From an uncultured Acidobacteriota bacterium (GTDB taxonomy: Bacteria > Acidobacteriota > Polarisedimenticolia > J045), in the NCBI GenBank assembly GCA_964582785.1, contig CAZOTT010000004.1, forward strand, positions 1-61,447: a DNA stretch of 61,447 nucleotides, written 5' to 3'. Numbering within the stretch: position 1 is the first letter of the stretch; every line of letters starts with the position of its first letter. A program made the position numbers and the translations under genes. This document shows positions 58,579 through 61,447 of the stretch, one piece after another. The notes under the pieces are model-generated. The model saw only the letters and a program-made list of their open reading frames with translations, made no database searches and was not told the origin of the DNA.

Positions 58579-60095
58579 TGGCTTCCCGGAAGAGAACGCT
58601 TTCCCTCCTGGCGGCGGTCCTCGGCCTGCTCCTGGGCGCCTGCGCCTCGGGCACCGCCCGGGGGCCGGCCCGGCCCCTCGCCCGGGTGCCGTCCGGGATC
58701 CCCGCCCCCGCGGTGCGGGTCGAGGCTCCCGCCCTGCCCTCCCTCGAGGAAACCGTCCTCGAACCCGGAAACGACGGCCTGGAGCGCCTGGACGAGATCT
58801 TCGCCGGTGCCCCGCCGGTGACCCTCAACGTCGAGGATGCCCCGCTGGAGGAGGTTCTCCGGGCCCTCTCCGAGGCGTCCGGCCGGAGCCTTCTCCTGGC
58901 TCCCGGCGTCGAAGCCCGGGTCTCGGCGTCGTTCCACGAGACACCGATCCCGCGGATCCTCCGTGCGCTCCTGGGGGACCGGGGGCTCGGCGTGCGGGCC
59001 GAGGGGAACCTGGTGCGTATCGAGCCCGCTCCCCTGTCCACGGTCGCCTTCCACCTGTCGCTGCCGGACATGGCGGCGGCCGGCAGCGAGAAGGCGGCGG
59101 CCGGCGGTCCCAGCCCGGCCACCTGGAAGACGATCGGGGACGCGGTGAAGCTGGTCCTCTCGTCCCGGGGCGAGGTCCACCTGGACCCCGCCGGGTCCCT
59201 CCTCATCGTCCGGGACGTGCCGGCCCGGATCGAGCGGGTGCGGAAGGTTCTCGAGGAAACGGTCGCCCCCCGCCGGCGGCAGGTGACGATCGAGGCCTCG
59301 ATCCTCGAGGTCGCCCTGGACGACGGCCTGTCCTACGGCATCGACTGGTCCGCCCCCGACCTGCTGGCCACGATCTCCGGCAGCCGGGTGACCGGACGGA
59401 TCGCGACGAACCTGGTCCAGGACCGGGGAGTGGTGACGTTCGCGATCGACTCCCACAAGCTTTCCGCGCTGTTCCGTGCGCTCCGGGACCGGGGCCAGCT
59501 CGAGGTGCTGTCCGCCCCCCGGCTGACCACCCTCAACCGGGTCCCGGCCCGGATCGCGATCACCGAGGAGATCCCCTACTACACCTCCGACTTCAGCGCC
59601 GTCGGCCAGGAACCGATCCAGTCGATCCAGGTCGAGTTCCGGGAGGCGGGGGTCGTCCTCGAGGTGACGCCGATCGTCGCCTCCACGGGGGAGGTCACCC
59701 TGCTCCTCCACCCGAAGGTGACGGAGCTGACCGGCTGGACCCCGGCCCTGCCGAACCTGCCGCCGAACCCGATCCTGGACGTGCGCGAGGTGACGACCAC
59801 GGTCCGCGCCGTGCACGGCCAGTCCGTGGTCCTCGCCGGCCTGATCCGCAACCGCTTCCAGGAGCAGCGCCAGGAGGTTCCCGGGCTGGGACGGGCGCCG
59901 GGGGTCGGGGCGGCGTTCCGCAACCTTTCCCAGTCCGGGGAGCGCACCGAGCTGGTGATCGTGATCACCCCGGTGGTCGCCGACGCGGAATGGCAACGGC
60001 GGGCGCTGAAGAAGGGGCTCGACGACATCGAGGAGCTCCGCCGCCCGTTCACCCCCGGGCCCGTGCGCGGCATCCTCCGGGGGCGCGTGCCCTGA
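58578..60095 (+). CDS. secretin (GspD/PilQ family), lipoprotein form
   Basis: 505 aa. Lipobox LLLGAC. An N-domain LNVEDAPLEEVLRALSEASG, and a secretin core VLSAPRLTTLNRVPARI..GVVLEVTPIV..VVLAGLI..VPGLG..LVIVITP. Confidence 0.88.
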   Translation: MASRKRTLSLLAAVLGLLLGACASGTARGPARPLARVPSGIPAPAVRVEAPALPSLEETVLEPGNDGLERLDEIFAGAPPVTLNVEDAPLEEVLRALSEASGRSLLLAPGVEARVSASFHETPIPRILRALLGDRGLGVRAEGNLVRIEPAPLSTVAFHLSLPDMAAAGSEKAAAGGPSPATWKTIGDAVKLVLSSRGEVHLDPAGSLLIVRDVPARIERVRKVLEETVAPRRRQVTIEASILEVALDDGLSYGIDWSAPDLLATISGSRVTGRIATNLVQDRGVVTFAIDSHKLSALFRALRDRGQLEVLSAPRLTTLNRVPARIAITEEIPYYTSDFSAVGQEPIQSIQVEFREAGVVLEVTPIVASTGEVTLLLHPKVTELTGWTPALPNLPPNPILDVREVTTTVRAVHGQSVVLAGLIRNRFQEQRQEVPGLGRAPGVGAAFRNLSQSGERTELVIVITPVVADAEWQRRALKKGLDDIEELRRPFTPGPVRGILRGRVP

Positions 60096-60161
60096 CCCCG
60101 CCCGTGGTGTAGCGAAGCTTCCAGGGGGCGTGCCCCGGCGCCGAGGGGAGGAGGCCCGCGC

Positions 60162-60764
60162 CTACCTCCCGCGGGCGGGAAGGGCGGCGCGCAGTGAGGC
60201 GGCGTCCCGGAAGGGAACCGTCCGGATCCCCAGTTCGCGGGCCGCCGCGAGGTTCCGTTCCCGGTCGTCGACGAACAGGAGCTCCCCCGGCTCGACGCCG
60301 AGCCGGGAGAGCACCCGCCGGTAGTAGGCGGGGTCGGGCTTCCGCGCCCCGACTTCCCAGGACAGGTGGTGCCCGGCGAAGAACCGTTCCAGGCGGAAGC
60401 GGCGGGCCAGATCGAGGTACCACCGCGGGTAGTTGGACATCACGTGGAGGGGCGGAGAGCCCCGGGCCGCCAGCTCCCCCAGCAGCTCCTCCATGCCGGG
60501 AACGAACCGGTACCGGCGTTCCGCCGCGGCCCGGAAGGCGGCCGGGTCCAGGGGTGGCCGCCCGCTGCCCGGCCGCCAGAACCGGGCCCCCCACTCCCGG
60601 TCGTCGATCTCTCCCAGCTCGAGCAGGCGCCAGGCATCCCGGTCCATCTCCCGGTAGACCGTCTCCACCGGGAGGCCGGTCACCTCCTCGATCGCGGGCA
60701 CGAACGGGTCGACCAGGACCGTGTCCATCAGGTCGAACCCGATGACGCGGATGCCCCGGGGCAC
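60162..60764 (-). CDS. HAD-superfamily hydrolase
   Basis: 200 aa. Motif I GFDLMDT, motif II VMSN, K..P and motif IV FVDD. Confidence 0.8.
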   Translation of the reverse strand: MPRGIRVIGFDLMDTVLVDPFVPAIEEVTGLPVETVYREMDRDAWRLLELGEIDDREWGARFWRPGSGRPPLDPAAFRAAAERRYRFVPGMEELLGELAARGSPPLHVMSNYPRWYLDLARRFRLERFFAGHHLSWEVGARKPDPAYYRRVLSRLGVEPGELLFVDDRERNLAAARELGIRTVPFRDAASLRAALPARGR

Positions 60765-60804
60765 AGGGAACCCTCCTTTCCTCCCCGACCATTATGCTGG
60801 GGGC

Positions 60805-61341
60805 ATGGCCCGCCACCCGGACCACCCCCCCGCGGAACCCCGTTTCGTGGCCGACGCGATGCTCGGCCGCCTCGCCCGCTGGCTGCGCCTGCTCGGGTGG
60901 GACGTGGCCTACGACCCGGGCCTCGGTGACCGGGAGCTTGCCCGCCTCGCCGCCCGGGAGGACCGGGTCCTGCTGACCCGGGACCGGGGCCTCCTCGCCC
61001 GGCGCATCGTTCGCCGGGGCCTGCTCGTCCGGGACGACGGCGTGGGCCGCCAGCTGGCCCAGGTTCTCCGGGACCTGGGCCTGGACCCGGACCCCGCCCG
61101 GGCGTGGACCCGGTGCAGCCTGTGCAACACACCCACGGAGGAGGTCCCGAAGGAATCCGTGGCAGGACGGGTGCCCGCGTACACGTACGCCACCCACGAA
61201 CGGTTCCGCCGCTGCCCCGGCTGCGGGAAGGTCTACTGGGGGGGAACCCACCGGGCCCTCGCGTGCGCCGACCTGGTCCGGTGGCTCGGGGAAGGAAAGG
61301 CGCCGGGCTGCGGGGGAGACGACCCGGAAAAAGTTCCTTGA
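60805..61341 (+). CDS. Mut7-C RNase domain (PIN-like + zinc ribbon) protein
   Basis: 178 aa. FVADAMLGRLARWLRLLGWD..LLTRDR and a C-terminal CSLCN..CPGCGKVYW zinc ribbon. Confidence 0.8.
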   Translation: MARHPDHPPAEPRFVADAMLGRLARWLRLLGWDVAYDPGLGDRELARLAAREDRVLLTRDRGLLARRIVRRGLLVRDDGVGRQLAQVLRDLGLDPDPARAWTRCSLCNTPTEEVPKESVAGRVPAYTYATHERFRRCPGCGKVYWGGTHRALACADLVRWLGEGKAPGCGGDDPEKVP

Positions 61342-61366
61342 CGAGCGGGGGGTCGCACCCTACCCT
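61338..61366 (+). promoter_or_regulatory. candidate sigma-70 promoter for tRNA-Val
   Basis: TTGACG (61338-61343), a 17-nt spacer, then TACCCT (61361-61366), 10 nt before the tRNA 5' end. Confidence 0.4.
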
Positions 61367-61376
61367 TCCGCACTGC

Positions 61377-61447
61377 GGGCGGCTAGCTCAGCTGGCAGAG
61401 CACCTGCCTTACACGCAGGGGGTCACTGGTTCGAGCCCGGTGCCGCC
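61377..61447 (+). tRNA. tRNA-Val (anticodon TAC), truncated by the window end (last acceptor base and 3' tail missing)
   Basis: Manual fold: acceptor GGGCGGC, D-arm GCTC/GAGC, anticodon stem CCTGC/GCAGG with loop CTTACAC, T-arm ACTGG-TTCGAGC-CCGGT, 3' acceptor GCCGCC.. Confidence 0.9.

Noticed and set aside
46627-60095. Labelling the locus simply as a canonical type IVa pilus (pilMNOPQ/pilBC) or a canonical Gsp T2SS
   Set aside because: The features are mixed: GspG-like pilins and a GspB-like protein, against PilM/N/O-like platform proteins. There is no PilT, GspC, GspH-K or prepilin peptidase in the window, so I left it as 'T2SS/T4P-like'.

Overview
61.4 kb of very GC-rich, densely coding bacterial chromosome. 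A secretin and many lipobox or signal-peptide proteins point to a diderm; taxonomy cannot be fixed from the sequence alone. High GC makes the six-frame track full of long Arg/Pro/Gly-rich shadow ORFs. I kept only frames with recognisable family motifs, signal peptides, Shine-Dalgarno sites or start/stop coupling, about 55 genes in total. No transposase, integrase, prophage or CRISPR array was seen.

Layout:
- 1-870: two truncated genes abut head to head, a GspE/PilB ATPase fragment and a RuBisCO-like protein fragment.
- 0.9-17.6 kb: housekeeping, stress and regulatory genes. These include a cupin, a YfdX-like protein, ferredoxin-NADP reductase, a LytS/LytTR two-component system, kbl, a shikimate-kinase-like protein, DUF1684, a PLP trans-sulfuration enzyme, a large MrfA-type helicase fused to an exonuclease, EamA, Usp and a methyltransferase.
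- 17.7-39.5 kb: rich in large exported proteins and peptidases. These include a 1226-aa BNR/Asp-box protein, a tricorn protease homolog, an M28 peptidase, two FG-GAP proteins and an M36 fungalysin-like protease. Interspersed are an RsmB/F-type methylase, a ferritin-like protein, superoxide reductase and the CCA-adding enzyme.
- 39.6-44.0 kb: a katG-dps pair, preceded by a strong sigma-54 promoter match and a divergent GAF-domain sigma-54 activator.
- 46.6-60.1 kb: a co-directional type II secretion / type IV pilus-like locus. It is headed by two HDOD-pseudopilin cassettes whose pilin genes are 100% identical at nucleotide level. They are followed by a GspE ATPase with an MshEN-type c-di-GMP motif, GspF, four more pseudopilins, a PilM-PilN fusion, PilO- and GspB/PilP-like proteins and a lipoprotein secretin.
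- 60.2-61.4 kb: a HAD hydrolase, a Mut7-C RNase-domain protein and a tRNA-Val(TAC) cut by the window edge.

The most interesting candidates:
- the HDOD-linked secretion locus with ORF-precise pilin gene identity;
- sigma-54/GAF control of dps-katG;
- the MrfA-MrfB-like fusion;
- a shared Cys-framed C-terminal module on two large exoproteins.
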